Source of the DNA: an uncultured Actinomycetes bacterium
Lineage (GTDB): Bacteria > Actinomycetota > Actinomycetes > Streptosporangiales > Streptosporangiaceae
Direction of reading: 5' to 3'
Assembly (NCBI GenBank): GCA_963819785.1
Contig: CAWFXW010000024.1
Location: forward strand, 87,559 to 151,558
DNA: 64,000 nt
Shown in pieces: positions 9,783-20,117 of the stretch (positions are counted from its first letter, which is position 1; each line of letters opens with the position of its first letter). The position numbers were made by a program, and so were the translations under genes. The notes beneath the pieces are model-generated. The model had not been told where the DNA came from and did no database searches. It saw only the letters and a program-made list of their open reading frames with translations.

Positions 9783-10896
9783 TCACTCCTCCGCAGGTGC
9801 AGCGCCGTCCCTGATCGCGGCGTCCACTTCCGCCGCCCGCGCGGTCATCTCCGCCGCCTGCTCCCGTTCCACCCGCTCGGCGACGTCCTCGTCGTCGCGC
9901 ATCAGCGCCTCGAGGTCCGACGCCGGCGGCATCCAGCACGCCCAGGTCCGCGAACGCGGATCGCACCCGCGGTCCCCACAGCCCGATGTCCTTGACGCAC
10001 GGCGCGATCCGGCTGAACAGCAGCGCGCGGAACGCCTGCTGCACCGGCGACTGCTCGGTGAACTCCAGGCACTCCTCGACGTCGTACCCCATGCGCTCCC
10101 AGACCTCCTGGGCCCGGAACCGGTTCCGCATCAGGTAGCACCCCTGCACCACGAACTCCTCGCGGTCAGCGAGTTCCGGAGCCGAAAGCGAAGCGTAGTA
10201 GTCCCGCAGCGCCAGCCGCCCGAACGCCACGTGCCGCGCCTCGTCCTGCATGACGTACGCCAGGACCTGTCGCACCAGCGCGTTCCCGGTGATATCGCGG
10301 TGCACCCCGAACGCCGCCAGGGCCAGCCCCTCGATCAGCACCTGCATCCCGAGGTAGGGCAGGTCCCACCGCGAGTCCCGCAAGGCATCGGAGAGCAGCG
10401 AGGCCAGGTCGGGGTTGATCGGGTAGTACAGCCCGATCTTGTCCCGGATGAACCGCTGGTACAGCTCGACGTGCCGCGCCTCGTCCATGGCCTGCGTCGC
10501 GGCGTAGAACTTGGAGTCCATGTCCGGCACCGACTCCACGATCCGTGCGGCCACCGTCAGCGCCCCCTGCTCGCCGTGCAGGAACTGGCTGAACAGCCAC
10601 GACCCCAGGTGATGCCCCAGCTCATCCCGCTCGGCCTCGGACAGCACCGACCACTGCCGCGACCCGTAGATCGGGTTGATCTCGTCCGGGGTGGCCATCA
10701 CGTTGCACGGGTCGACGGGCTGCGACCAGTCGATCCGCTTGGCCGCGTCCCACTGCTTGTCCTTGCCCCGCTGGTACAGGTCGAGCAGCCGCTGCCGCCC
10801 GTCCTCGTACTCCCACGAGAACCGCGCCGCCCCGGCCGCCGGGACGTCCCAGGTGCCCGGTTCCACCGGCGTCGTGTACAGGTCGTATGTGCTCAT
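9783..10896 (-). CDS. Ferritin-like diiron protein (AurF/diiron-oxygenase-like), 3' frameshift
   Basis: EEARH/DEARH diiron motifs (QAMDEARHVE, MQDEARHVAF). After ...FADLGVLD the assembled frame turns to Arg/Gly junk down to 9673. The alternative frame gives PPASDLEALMRDDEDVAERVEREQ... with a stop at 9783-9785. Confidence 0.75.
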
Positions 10897-10934
10897 GAAG
10901 ATCCTTTATCCCGAACGGGCCATCCTGCGTGCCC

Positions 10935-11612
10935 TCACACCTTGAACCTGTATCCCATCCCGGATTCGGTCAAGAGGTACTTCGGGCGGGACGGTTCGGG
11001 CTCCAGCTTGCGGCGCAGCTGGGCCAGGTAAACCCGCAGGTAGTTGGTCTCGGTCTCGTATGCCGGGCCCCACACCTCGCGCAGCAGCTGCCGCTGGGTG
11101 ACTAGCCGGCCGCTGTTGCGCACCAGGATCTCCAGCAGCTGCCACTCGGTCGGGGTCAGCCGGACGTCCTCGCCGTCGCTCCTGGTCACCTGCTTGGCCG
11201 CCAGGTCGACGGTGAAGTCCGGGGTGCTGACCACCGGCTCGTCCGGGGCCGGCGCGGCCCGGCGGACCGCGGCCCGCAGCCGGGCCAGCAGCTCGTCCAT
11301 GCCGAACGGCTTGGTCACGTAGTCATCGGCGCCCGCGTCCAGCGCCGCGACCTTCTGGCTCTCCTGGCCCCACGCGGACAGCACGATGATCGGGATCGAG
11401 GTCCAGCCGCGCACTCCGTGGATGACTTCGGTGCCGTCCATGTCGGGCAGACCGAGGTCCAGGATGATCACGTCGGGCCGGTCGCGGGCCACCGCGGCCA
11501 GCCCGGTGGTGCCGTCGACCGCGGTGCTGACGTCGTAGGAGCGCGCGGACAGGTTGATCCGCAGCGCGCGCAGGATGGACGGCTCGTCGTCGACGACGAG
11601 CACCCGGGTCAT
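10935..11612 (-). CDS. kdpE: KdpE-type OmpR-family response regulator
   Basis: REC domain plus a winged helix with a KdpE-like signature (LTPTEWQLLEILVRNSGRLVTQRQLLREVWGP...NYLRVYLAQLRRKLE). ATGA overlap with the kinase gene. Confidence 0.85.
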   Translation of the reverse strand: MTRVLVVDDEPSILRALRINLSARSYDVSTAVDGTTGLAAVARDRPDVIILDLGLPDMDGTEVIHGVRGWTSIPIIVLSAWGQESQKVAALDAGADDYVTKPFGMDELLARLRAAVRRAAPAPDEPVVSTPDFTVDLAAKQVTRSDGEDVRLTPTEWQLLEILVRNSGRLVTQRQLLREVWGPAYETETNYLRVYLAQLRRKLEPEPSRPKYLLTESGMGYRFKV

Positions 11613-13472
11613 AACCCCGTTTCCAGCACGGTCGCGGCGTCCGCGCTGGCCGCCGCCGGGAGCGTGATCGCCACCGTGAGCCCGCCGCCAGGCGTGTCCC
11701 GGGCCACGATCCGCCCGCCCATCGCCTCCGCGAACCCGCGGGCTACGGCCAGGCCCAGCCCGACCCCGCCCGGGATGCGGTCACCGATCCGGGTAAAGGG
11801 CTCGAAGATGCGTTCCTTGGCCTCGTCCGGCACCCCGCGGCCGTGGTCGACCACCTCGATCACGACCCGGCCGTCGACCAGGTGCGCCTGCAGTTCGGGT
11901 GGCCGGACGGACTCGGGGGAGTGCCGCAGCGCGTTGGAGAACAGGTTGGCCAGCACCCGCTCGAGCAGGCCCGGGTCGGCCAGCACCAGCGGGAAGCCGT
12001 CCGGCACGGCCATCTGGACCCGCAGCGAGTCGTCGAGCCCGAGCAGCGCCACCGGGGCCACCTCGTCGATCGCGGTCGGGCGCAGGAACGGCTGCAGCGA
12101 CCCGGTGTGCAGCCGGCTCATGTCCAGCAGGTTGCCGATCAGCGCGTCGAGCCGGTCGGCGTTCTGCTCGATGGTGGCCAGCAGGTCGGCCTCGTCGGCC
12201 TCGGACCACTCCACGTCGGTCTGCCGCAGGCTGCTCACGCTGGCCTTGATCGACGCGAGCGGGGTGCGCAGGTCGTGGCTGACCGCGGCGAGCAGGGCGG
12301 TCCGCATCCGGTTGCCTTCGGCCAGGGCCTCGGCCTGGGCGGCCTGGGTGCGCAGCCGTTCCCGGTCCAGGGCGGCGGCCGCCTGGGCCGCGTACCCGGC
12401 GAGCAGGGCCGGCGTGGCCGACTCGGCCTGCCCGGTGACCAGCAGGATCAGGTCGGAGCGGATGTCGATCCGGGACGCGGCGGGCAGGCTGCCCGCCACC
12501 GCGCTCGACGCGGCGCGGATCCAGCGGCCGGCCACCCGCTCGGCAAGCTCGGCCTGGCCGCCGTGGGTGCGGGTCAGGTGCTCGAGCACCGCCGCGGGGG
12601 AGTCGGCGCCGCCCAGCACGGTCTGCGCGAGCTCGAGCAGCGAGGCGGCCTCCTCCCGGGCCCGCGCGGCCTGGACCGCGCGGCTGGCGGCCAGGTGGAC
12701 CACGCTGCTGACGGCGACCGCGACGGTCACGAACAGCAGCAGGGCCAGCAGCTCCTTGGGCTGCTGGATGGTGAAGGTGTGGATCGGCTCGGTGAAGTAC
12801 CAGTTCAGCAGCACAGCTGGCCGCCACCGCGGCCAGCACCGCGGGCCAGAAGCCGCCGACCACCGTGACCGCCACCACGACGACCAGGTAGATGAGCAGC
12901 TCGTCGGCGATGTCCAGGTCCGGCCGGAAGATGGTGAGCACGTAGGTCAGCAGCGGCAGCACGGCCGCGGCCAGCGCCACCGCGGCCAGGCGCCGCCGCA
13001 CATCGATGCCGCCGCCGTCGGCCTCCGGCTCCGGCGCCGCCGCCCGCCGCGCGCGCCGGGCCGCGTACGTACCCATGCTTACCAGTGTGAGCCGTCGGAG
13101 GTACCAACGGAACCCCAGGCCCGCGATCGCGCAGCTCACCGCGGTCACGCCCAGCACGATGGCGGCGTGCGCGGCGGCCGGACCGGTCGGGCGCAGCTGC
13201 GCGTAGGGCGGCTTGGAGAACCCGGTGACGGTGAGCCAGCCGATGCCGGCCAGCAGCACGGCCGCGACCGGATCGGCCAGGAAGGACATCACCCCGGCCA
13301 CCGCCGCGCAGGCGATCAGCACCCCGGTGGCGTCCAGCCGCCCGTGCAGCGCGGCGGCCACGGTCCCCACGGCCAGGAACGCGGCGAAACCCGCCGGCAG
13401 CGCGTAGGGCGCCGGTATGCCGCGGTGCCCGCCGCCGTAGGCGGCCAAGGGAGCAGGGTGACCGATTCTCAT
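11609..13472 (-). CDS. kdpD: KdpD-like sensor histidine kinase lacking the N-terminal KdpD/Usp module; one frameshift near 12815
   Basis: The DUF4118-type membrane block (LLNWYFTEPIHTFTI), GAF-like linker, H-box (AAVSHDLRTPLASI) and HATPase form ORF 11609-12814. The TM-rich N-part is in ORF 11781-13658 from ATG 13472. Confidence 0.8.
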
Positions 13473-13663
13473 CTCTCTTCCTATTTCAGCCCCGGTACCG
13501 GGCGATATCAGCGGCCTTGACGCATCCTTAACGCGCCGCCGCGAAAGCTTGACGGCCTGCATACGGCGCGCCGCTAGCTGCGCTAATACCGTCGGAACGT
13601 GATCACCAACCGAACGGCCAGGACGGCCCGCGGCGCAGCCGCCAAAGTACGGCGTCAAGCCTA

Positions 13664-16310
13664 GTGGCGGTGCGTAAGGCGGCTGGCCTGCTTTCTGGCG
13701 ACCAGGGCAGCGGGCTTCCGGAGACCTACTGGTATTCGGTGAAGCGCCGGCTGCTCGGCCCGCCGCTGGTCACCGAGCAGCTGCGCACCGAGCGGCTGTC
13801 CAAGCCGCTAGCTCTCGGCGTGCTGTCCTGCGACGGGATCTCCTCGGCGGCGTACGGCACCGAGGAAATGCTCATCGTGATGCTGCCCGCGGTCGGCCTC
13901 GCGGCCTTCAGGCTCATCTTGCCGATGACGCTGGTGATCCTGTTCGGCATCGCCATCGTGGTCCTGTCCTACCGCGAGGTGGTGTCGGTCTACACGCGCG
14001 CCGGCGGCTCCTACGTGGTGGCCCGGGAGAACTTCGGGCCGCGGGTGGCCCAGGTCGCCGCCGTCGCGCTGCTGATCGACTACGTGGTCACCGTGGCCGT
14101 GCAGACCGCGGCCGCGGCCGCGATCATCGTGTCCGCGTTTCCCGCGCTGAGCAGGATTCCCGGCATCGGCCCCGATCTGGATCCTGACCATCCTCTCGGT
14201 CACCCAGGTCCTGATCATGTGCTACGGAAACCTGCGCGGGATCAGGGAGGCCGGCCGGACGTTCGCCCTGCCGACCTACCTGTTCTCCGGCTCGGTCGGG
14301 TCGATGATCGTCGTCGGCCTGATCCGGGAGGCGGCGGGCGATCTCCATCAGCGTTCCGCACTACGACGTCTCCGGCGGCGCCGTCGGGTACGGCCACAGC
14401 ACCCAGGGACTGCTCAGCTTCGCGATGGTCTACATGCTGCTGAAGGCCTACGCCAACGGCGGCTCCTCGCTCACCGGCATCGAGGCGGTCTCGAACGCGG
14501 TCAGCGCGCTCCAGCCGCCGGAGGGACGCAACGCCCGCCAGCTGCTGGTGACCCAGGGCTCCATCGTCATCTTCCTGATCGCCGGCATCTCCTGGCTCTC
14601 CCACGTCACGCACGCCACCCCGTACGTGAACGGCTATCCGACCGTGCTGGCCCAGGAGGCCAACGTCGTCTTCGGCCACGCCGGGCATTTCCTGTACTGG
14701 GTGGTTATCTTCGGTACCGCAGCCATCTTGTTCACCGGCGGGAACACCAGCTTCAGCGGGTTCCCGTTCCTGGCCAGCTTCGTCGCTGAGGACTCGTTCC
14801 TGCCCCGGTGGCTGACCAAGCGCGGGCACCGGCTGGTGTTCTCGAACGGGATCATCATCTTGACGATCGTGTCGCTGGCCCTGATGCTGGCCGTGGGCGC
14901 GGAGGTCGACAAGCTCATCCCGTTCTACGCGATCGGCGTGTTCACCGGCTTCTCCATGGCCGGCTTCGGCATGGCCCGGTACCACCTGCGGACCAGGGAA
15001 CCCGGCTGGCGGCACAAGCTGGCGATCAACACGATCGGCGGCGTGTACACCGTGCTCGTCGTCCTCATCTTCGCGGTGGTCAAGTTCACCGAGGGCGCCT
15101 GGCTGATCGTGATCGTCGGCCCGGTCCTGGTGTTCACGCTGATCCGGCTCAACCGCGAGTACCGCGCCGAGGCGGGCGCGCTGCAGACCATCGGGGACCG
15201 CCGCGCTTCCGGGGTGGGACCGAGCCAGCCGAACTACAGCCGGCGGGTGGTCGTCGTATTCGTGGACGACTTCGACTTGTCCACGATCGCGGCACTGCGC
15301 TATGCCAAGAGCCTGCGGCCGACGACCCTGCGCGCCGTGCACTTCGTCATCGACAGCGAGCAGGCCGAGCGACTGCGCGCCGCCTGGCTGCCGGACCGGA
15401 GCGTGTCGCTGGAGCTGATCGACTGCCCGGACCGGAGACTGACCCGGTGCGCGGCCGAACTGGTCGGCCGCGAGGCGGAGACGTCGGGCACCCAGGTGAC
15501 CGCGATCCTGCCTCGGCGCAGCTTCTCCCCGCTGCTCGGCCGGCTGCTGCACGACCGGACCGCGGACAAGATCGCCGGCGTGGTCAGCCGCGTCCCCAAC
15601 GCGGCCGCCACCATCATCCCCTTCGACGTGCAGAACCGCCTGCGCGTCCTGCATGAGCGCCAGGCCGTCCGGGCCGGTACCGCGCCGGCGTCGCTGATCT
15701 CCGTCCCCGGCCCAGCCCGCCGGCGACCGCGCCGCCGAGCCGGGCGACCGCGCTGCCGAGCCCGACGACCGCGCCGCCGAGCCGGACGACCGCGCCGCCG
15801 AGCCGGACGTCCGCGCCGCCGAGCCGGACGTCCGCGCCGCCGAGCCGGACGACCACGCGGCCAAGCCGGACGTCCGCGCGGCCGAGCCGGACGTCACCTG
15901 GCCTGCCCGCGAGCCCGCGGTCGCCGCGCCCGCCGCGGCCCAGCCCGAGTCACTGCCCGGCGCCGGCAGCTACGACCGGCCCATCTCCGCCGCCCGGCGT
16001 CACCCCGATCGGCGCCATCCACGAGCCGGGCCGGACCACGGTGGAGGGCCGCGTCCGGGTCGTCGAGGTCCGGTCGGTGGAGCGCAACTCCGTGCTGGCC
16101 GCCGAGATCGCCGACTCCACCGGTGACCTGACCGCCCTGTTCTACGGCCGGTCCCGCATCCCCGGGCTGATGTGCGGCTCCCGGGTCCGGTTCCGCGGCG
16201 CGGTCGGCATCAAGAACGGCGTCCCGGTCATGATCAACCCCGCCTACGAGCTCATGGTCCCGTTCGCCAGCGGCAAGCCCGCCAAGGACGGCAAGAAGCC
16301 GCCCGCCTGA
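13664..16310 (+). pseudogene. APC-superfamily permease / OB-fold fusion, paralogue A, at least 3 frameshifts as assembled
   Basis: It is colinear with intact paralogue B (17441-19909), but the reading frame passes through ORFs 13664.., 14217.., 14425.. and 16041... Frame switches fall near 14178, 14350 and 15690. Confidence 0.8.
15720..15900. repeat. 21-bp tandem repeat, about 8 copies (cgaccgcgccgccgagccgga)
   Basis: Read directly. It lies in the linker between the permease and OB domains of paralogue A and encodes (APPSRTT)n in the frame that continues into the OB fold. Confidence 0.85.
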
Positions 16311-16312
16311 GG

Positions 16313-17140
16313 TCAGGGTTCGAGCTCGACCGGGTCGCCGACCGCGACCCGCCCCGGCGCCACGGTGGTGCCGTAGACCCCGAGCCGGGCGTCGCGCCCG
16401 GTGGCGATGGCGCGCAGTACCGCCGGGTTCCGCTCCAGCGTCACCGGGTCGATGGTGACCATCACGCACCGCTGGTCGCGCTGGTCCACCCGCATCCGCA
16501 GCCCGCCGACGCGCAGCACCCGCCCGACCCAGCGGTCCTCGGGGAACTCGCCGCCGGGCGCGTCCACCAGCAGGTTGGGCCGGAACCGCGGTGCGGTGAG
16601 ATCGGCGCCGGCCAGCCGCCCGAGCCCGGCCACCGTCTGCGTGCTCAGCAGCGACAGCGGAAAGGTGTCGAACACCCCCCGGTTCTGCTTGATCACCCGG
16701 ACCCCGGCCCCGGCCCACCCGCACCCCGGCCGCCTCGCCCGCACCCCCGCCTCGCCCGCACCCCCGCCGTCGCCCGCACCCCCGCCGTCGCCCTCGCCCC
16801 CGCCCTCGCCCGCACCTCCGAGCCGTTCCGCACCTCCGAGCTCGGCCGCGAGCTCGGGACCGGCCACGTCAAGCTCCTCGCCCGACGGCGTCCGCACCAG
16901 CGTCACCGACGACTCGGGCCGTTCCGGCTCGGCGAACCGCGGCCGGTAGAGCGCCATCTCGGGCCGCTCCCGGATCGTCAGCCACGGAAACCCGCTGCGC
17001 ACCTGCCCGTCGCGGATGAACGCCCACCGCCGGTCGCCCGCCAGCCCGTGCCACGAGACCTCGGCGCCGTCCAGTTCCTCACCCGCCATGGACTTCACCG
17101 GGTACCGCCACAACCCGACGACGCGTCCCACCACGGTCAT
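16313..17140 (-). CDS. MOSC domain-containing protein
   Basis: Starts MTVVGRVVGLWRYPVKSMAGE (MOSC_N) and continues to ...RCVMVTIDP...GVYG. ATG 17140 sits behind GGTGGAGG. The longer ORF-track N-terminus is not conserved-looking. Confidence 0.85.
   Translation of the reverse strand: MTVVGRVVGLWRYPVKSMAGEELDGAEVSWHGLAGDRRWAFIRDGQVRSGFPWLTIRERPEMALYRPRFAEPERPESSVTLVRTPSGEELDVAGPELAAELGGAERLGGAGEGGGEGDGGGAGDGGGAGEAGVRARRPGCGWAGAGVRVIKQNRGVFDTFPLSLLSTQTVAGLGRLAGADLTAPRFRPNLLVDAPGGEFPEDRWVGRVLRVGGLRMRVDQRDQRCVMVTIDPVTLERNPAVLRAIATGRDARLGVYGTTVAPGRVAVGDPVELEP
16733..16850. repeat. Imperfect 17-18-bp tandem repeats encoding a Gly/Glu/Asp-rich insert in the MOSC protein
   Basis: Read directly (cgcccgcacccccgccgt units). 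They translate to GGAGEGGGEGDGGGAGDGGGAGEAG. Confidence 0.75.
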
Positions 17141-17440
17141 GACCGCCTCCACCGAACTCGAAGGCGCCCTTTTCTGAAAGGGAGGGGTGTCGAGCGTGGC
17201 GGGACCCGATCCGTCGCAGCGCCTCTCGACCCCTCCAGGATAACCACCGCCCGCCCCCCCGCCGAGTCGGTGCCGCTTGCCGACGGATGGACCATCGGGC
17301 TGATCCCGGCCGGGCGGTGGTTGCCGCTTGCTGACGGATGGAGCCATCTTGGCTGAATTCCCGGCCGTCCGGCCTGCTAGCGGGTTGCCGCAACCATGGG
17401 ATACGTCGGCCAACGCGTGTGACGTGCGAGCCTGGCGGGG

Positions 17441-19909
17441 TTACAGGGCCGGGAACAGCAGCTCGTAGGCCGGGTTGGTCATGACCGGGTGGCCGTCCTT
17501 GATCCCCACGGAGCCGCGGAACCGGACCCGCCCCCCGCACACGATGCCGGGGATGTGCGAGCGCCCGTAGAACATGGCGGTCAGCTTGCCCGTCCCGTCG
17601 GATATCTCGCAGGCCAGCACGGAGTTGCGCTCCACCGGCCGGATCTCGACCACCCGGATCCGGCCCTCCACGGTGGCCCGCCCCGGCCCGGTCAGCGCCC
17701 CGATGAGCGTGACCCCCGGCGCCGGTTCCCCGGCGGGCTGCGCCGGCCCGTTCCTCTCCTGCGCACGCCGGCCGTTCTTCGGCGAAGTCGGCGGCCACGA
17801 GGCCGGCGGCCCCGCCGTGGCGGGCTCCGGCCCGGCCGGCGCCGACTGCGGTCCCGCCGCCGCGCCGTGTGCCGCGGCCACGTCGGCCTCCCCGGACCGG
17901 ACCTTGGCGTCGGCGCCGCCATCCGCCGCCGCGAGCTTGGCCGCCTGGCGTTCCTGCAGGACCCGGACCCGGCTGTCCACGTCGTAAGGCACGATGGTGG
18001 CCGCCGAGCGCGGGATCCGGCTCACCACGGCGGCGATCTTGTCCGCGGTCCGGTCGTGCAGCAGCCGGCCGAGCAGCGCGGAGTAGCTGCGCCGGGGCAG
18101 CACCACGGTCACGTGCGTCTCGGGTTCGGCGGTTTCCCGCTCGACCAGCTCGGCCGCGGCCCGGGTCAGCCTGCGGTCCGAGACGTCGATGAAGTCCAGC
18201 GGCACGCCGCGGTCGGCCCGCATCCACTTCTGCCGGAGCTTCTCGGCCTGGACGTTGTCGATGACGAAGTGCACCGCCCGCATCGTGGTCGGCCGCAGGC
18301 TCCGCGCGTAGCGCAGCGCGGCCAGCGTGGCCAGGTCGAAGCTGTCCACGAAGACGAACACCGTGCGCCTGCTGTAGTGCGGGGGCGGCGGCGGCTGGTG
18401 CTCGCTGATCGTCTCGAGCACCTCGGACTCGGCCGCGTACCCGCGGTTGATCCTGATCAGCGCCGGGACCAGCACGACGAACAGGACCACGACCACCCAC
18501 GCGCCCTCGGTGAACTTCACGACCGCGAAGATGGCCACCACGATCACGGTCATCACGCCGGCCGAGAAATTGATGATCATCCGCCGTCGCCAGCCTGGCG
18601 TCCGGTGCCTGCTGTGATACCTGGCCATGCCGAAGCCCGCCATCGAGAAAGCGGTGAACACGCCGATGGCGTACAGCGGGACCAGGTTGTTGACGTCCGC
18701 GTCCTTGATGATCAGCAGCGCCGCGGACGTGATGGTCAGCAGGATGATGGCGTTGGAGAACACCAGCCGGTGCCCGCGCTTGAGCAGCCACCGGGGCAGG
18801 AACGAGTCGCCGGCCACGTAACTGGTCAGGAACGGGAAGCCGTTGAAGCTGGTGTTGCCGCCGGTGTACAGGATGAGCATGGTCGCGGCCTGGACCAGGT
18901 AGAAAAGGACGTGCCCCACGAGGGTGGACCCGAAGATGAACTTGGCCTCCTGGGCCAGCACGGTCGGGTATCCAAGCCGGTACGGCGTGGCGTGCGTGGC
19001 GTGCGCCAGCCAGGAGATGCCCGCGACCAGGGTGCCGAGGATCGCGCCCTCGGCGATGAGCACCTGGCGCGCGTTCCGCCCCTCGGGGGGCCGGAACGCG
19101 CCCACGGCATCCGAGACCGCCTCGATTCCGGTCAGCGATGCGCCGCCGTTGGCGAATGCCTTGAGCAGGGTGAAGATCATCACGCCCGTGATCAGCCCGG
19201 ACGAGCCGGAACCGAGATGATAGGTGCCGGGCAGCGTGCGCGGGTCGACCTGGTGCAGGTTTCCTATTACCTCGCGGATCAGCCCGACGACGATCATCAA
19301 GATGACCGAGCCCGCGAACAGGTAGGTCGGCACCGCAAAGGACCGGCCCGCCTCCTTGAGGCCGCGCAGGTTCCCGAAGCACATGAGCAGGACCACGCCG
19401 ACGCAGATCTCGAGCTTGTAGGTGCCGACCGCCGGGAAGGCGGAGGCTACGGCGGCTGTCCCCGCCGCGATCTGGACCGCCACGGTCACCACGTAGTCGA
19501 TAAGCAGCGCGACCGCGCACACTTGAGCGATGCGCGGACCGAAGTTCTCCCGCGCCACCACGTACGATCCGCCCGGCCTGATGTAGACCATCACGATCTC
19601 GCGGTAGGACAGCAGCACCAGCACCATGACGAACAAGATGACCAGCGTCATCGGCAGGATCAGGCTGAACGCGGCTATGCCCATCGCGGGCACCAGCACG
19701 ATCAGGATCTCCTCGGTGCCGTAGGCGGAGGAGGAGATCCCGTCCGGCGACAGCACGCCGAGCGCGAGCGGCTTGGACAGCCGCTGCTCGCCGAGGTCCT
19801 GATTGACCAGCGGCGGGCCGAGCAGCCTGCGCTTGGTGGAGTACCAGAAGGTATCGGGCAGGCCGTCGCTCCGGTCCAGGAGAGCGGCTGCTGCCTTGCG
19901 CGTGGCCAC
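17441..19909 (-). CDS. APC-superfamily permease fused to a cytosolic domain and a C-terminal OB-fold, paralogue B (intact, 822 aa)
   Basis: About 12 TM segments of APC-type sequence (GISSSAYGTEEIL, GGSYVVARENFG, FPFLTSYVAGDSFLPRWL). These are followed by a soluble domain, a low-complexity linker and an OB-like end (VEGRIRVVEIRPVERNSVLACEISDGTGKL). Confidence 0.85.
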   Translation of the reverse strand: MATRKAAAALLDRSDGLPDTFWYSTKRRLLGPPLVNQDLGEQRLSKPLALGVLSPDGISSSAYGTEEILIVLVPAMGIAAFSLILPMTLVILFVMVLVLLSYREIVMVYIRPGGSYVVARENFGPRIAQVCAVALLIDYVVTVAVQIAAGTAAVASAFPAVGTYKLEICVGVVLLMCFGNLRGLKEAGRSFAVPTYLFAGSVILMIVVGLIREVIGNLHQVDPRTLPGTYHLGSGSSGLITGVMIFTLLKAFANGGASLTGIEAVSDAVGAFRPPEGRNARQVLIAEGAILGTLVAGISWLAHATHATPYRLGYPTVLAQEAKFIFGSTLVGHVLFYLVQAATMLILYTGGNTSFNGFPFLTSYVAGDSFLPRWLLKRGHRLVFSNAIILLTITSAALLIIKDADVNNLVPLYAIGVFTAFSMAGFGMARYHSRHRTPGWRRRMIINFSAGVMTVIVVAIFAVVKFTEGAWVVVVLFVVLVPALIRINRGYAAESEVLETISEHQPPPPPHYSRRTVFVFVDSFDLATLAALRYARSLRPTTMRAVHFVIDNVQAEKLRQKWMRADRGVPLDFIDVSDRRLTRAAAELVERETAEPETHVTVVLPRRSYSALLGRLLHDRTADKIAAVVSRIPRSAATIVPYDVDSRVRVLQERQAAKLAAADGGADAKVRSGEADVAAAHGAAAGPQSAPAGPEPATAGPPASWPPTSPKNGRRAQERNGPAQPAGEPAPGVTLIGALTGPGRATVEGRIRVVEIRPVERNSVLACEISDGTGKLTAMFYGRSHIPGIVCGGRVRFRGSVGIKDGHPVMTNPAYELLFPAL

Positions 19910-20117
19910 TATCTGCGCCTTTCGTCAGTCAAGATCCCTTTTTTGGGCGCCAGAGACTTCATACCACCACACCCGGTGTGCACATAACCTGCGCCGGGTG
20001 CGGGAGTCATTGAGGCCGACGTGGGAAGGGGTACCCCGTACGGCACAACTTCATCCCGTGAAACCCCGGCTTGCGGCCACCAGGTAACCTACCTGTCCGG
20101 ACCGGAAGAGGCTTCCC

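Noticed and set aside
13473-13663. Two CTTGACG boxes as sigma70-like -35 elements for the divergent kdpD-like and APC genes.
   Set aside because: This is plausible, but the -10 partners (CTAGCT/CTAATA) and the spacing are ambiguous. It is not reported as a feature without transcript data.
15720-15900. The regularly spaced repeats here, and at 40902-41015, 59535-59600 and 61671-61767, as possible CRISPR arrays.
   Set aside because: The units are contiguous with no unique spacers, are only 12-21 bp long, and no cas genes are present. They are simple tandem repeats.
19910-20117. A possible M-box (upstream of the MgtE-N/CBS gene) or c-di-AMP/ydaO-type riboswitch (upstream of the APC permease) in the shared 208-nt divergent region.
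   Set aside because: I could not recognise the conserved cores of either motif by eye. Only a 7-bp inverted repeat (cacccgg...ccgggtg) is present. The downstream protein also lacks a transporter domain. It would need an Infernal scan to settle.
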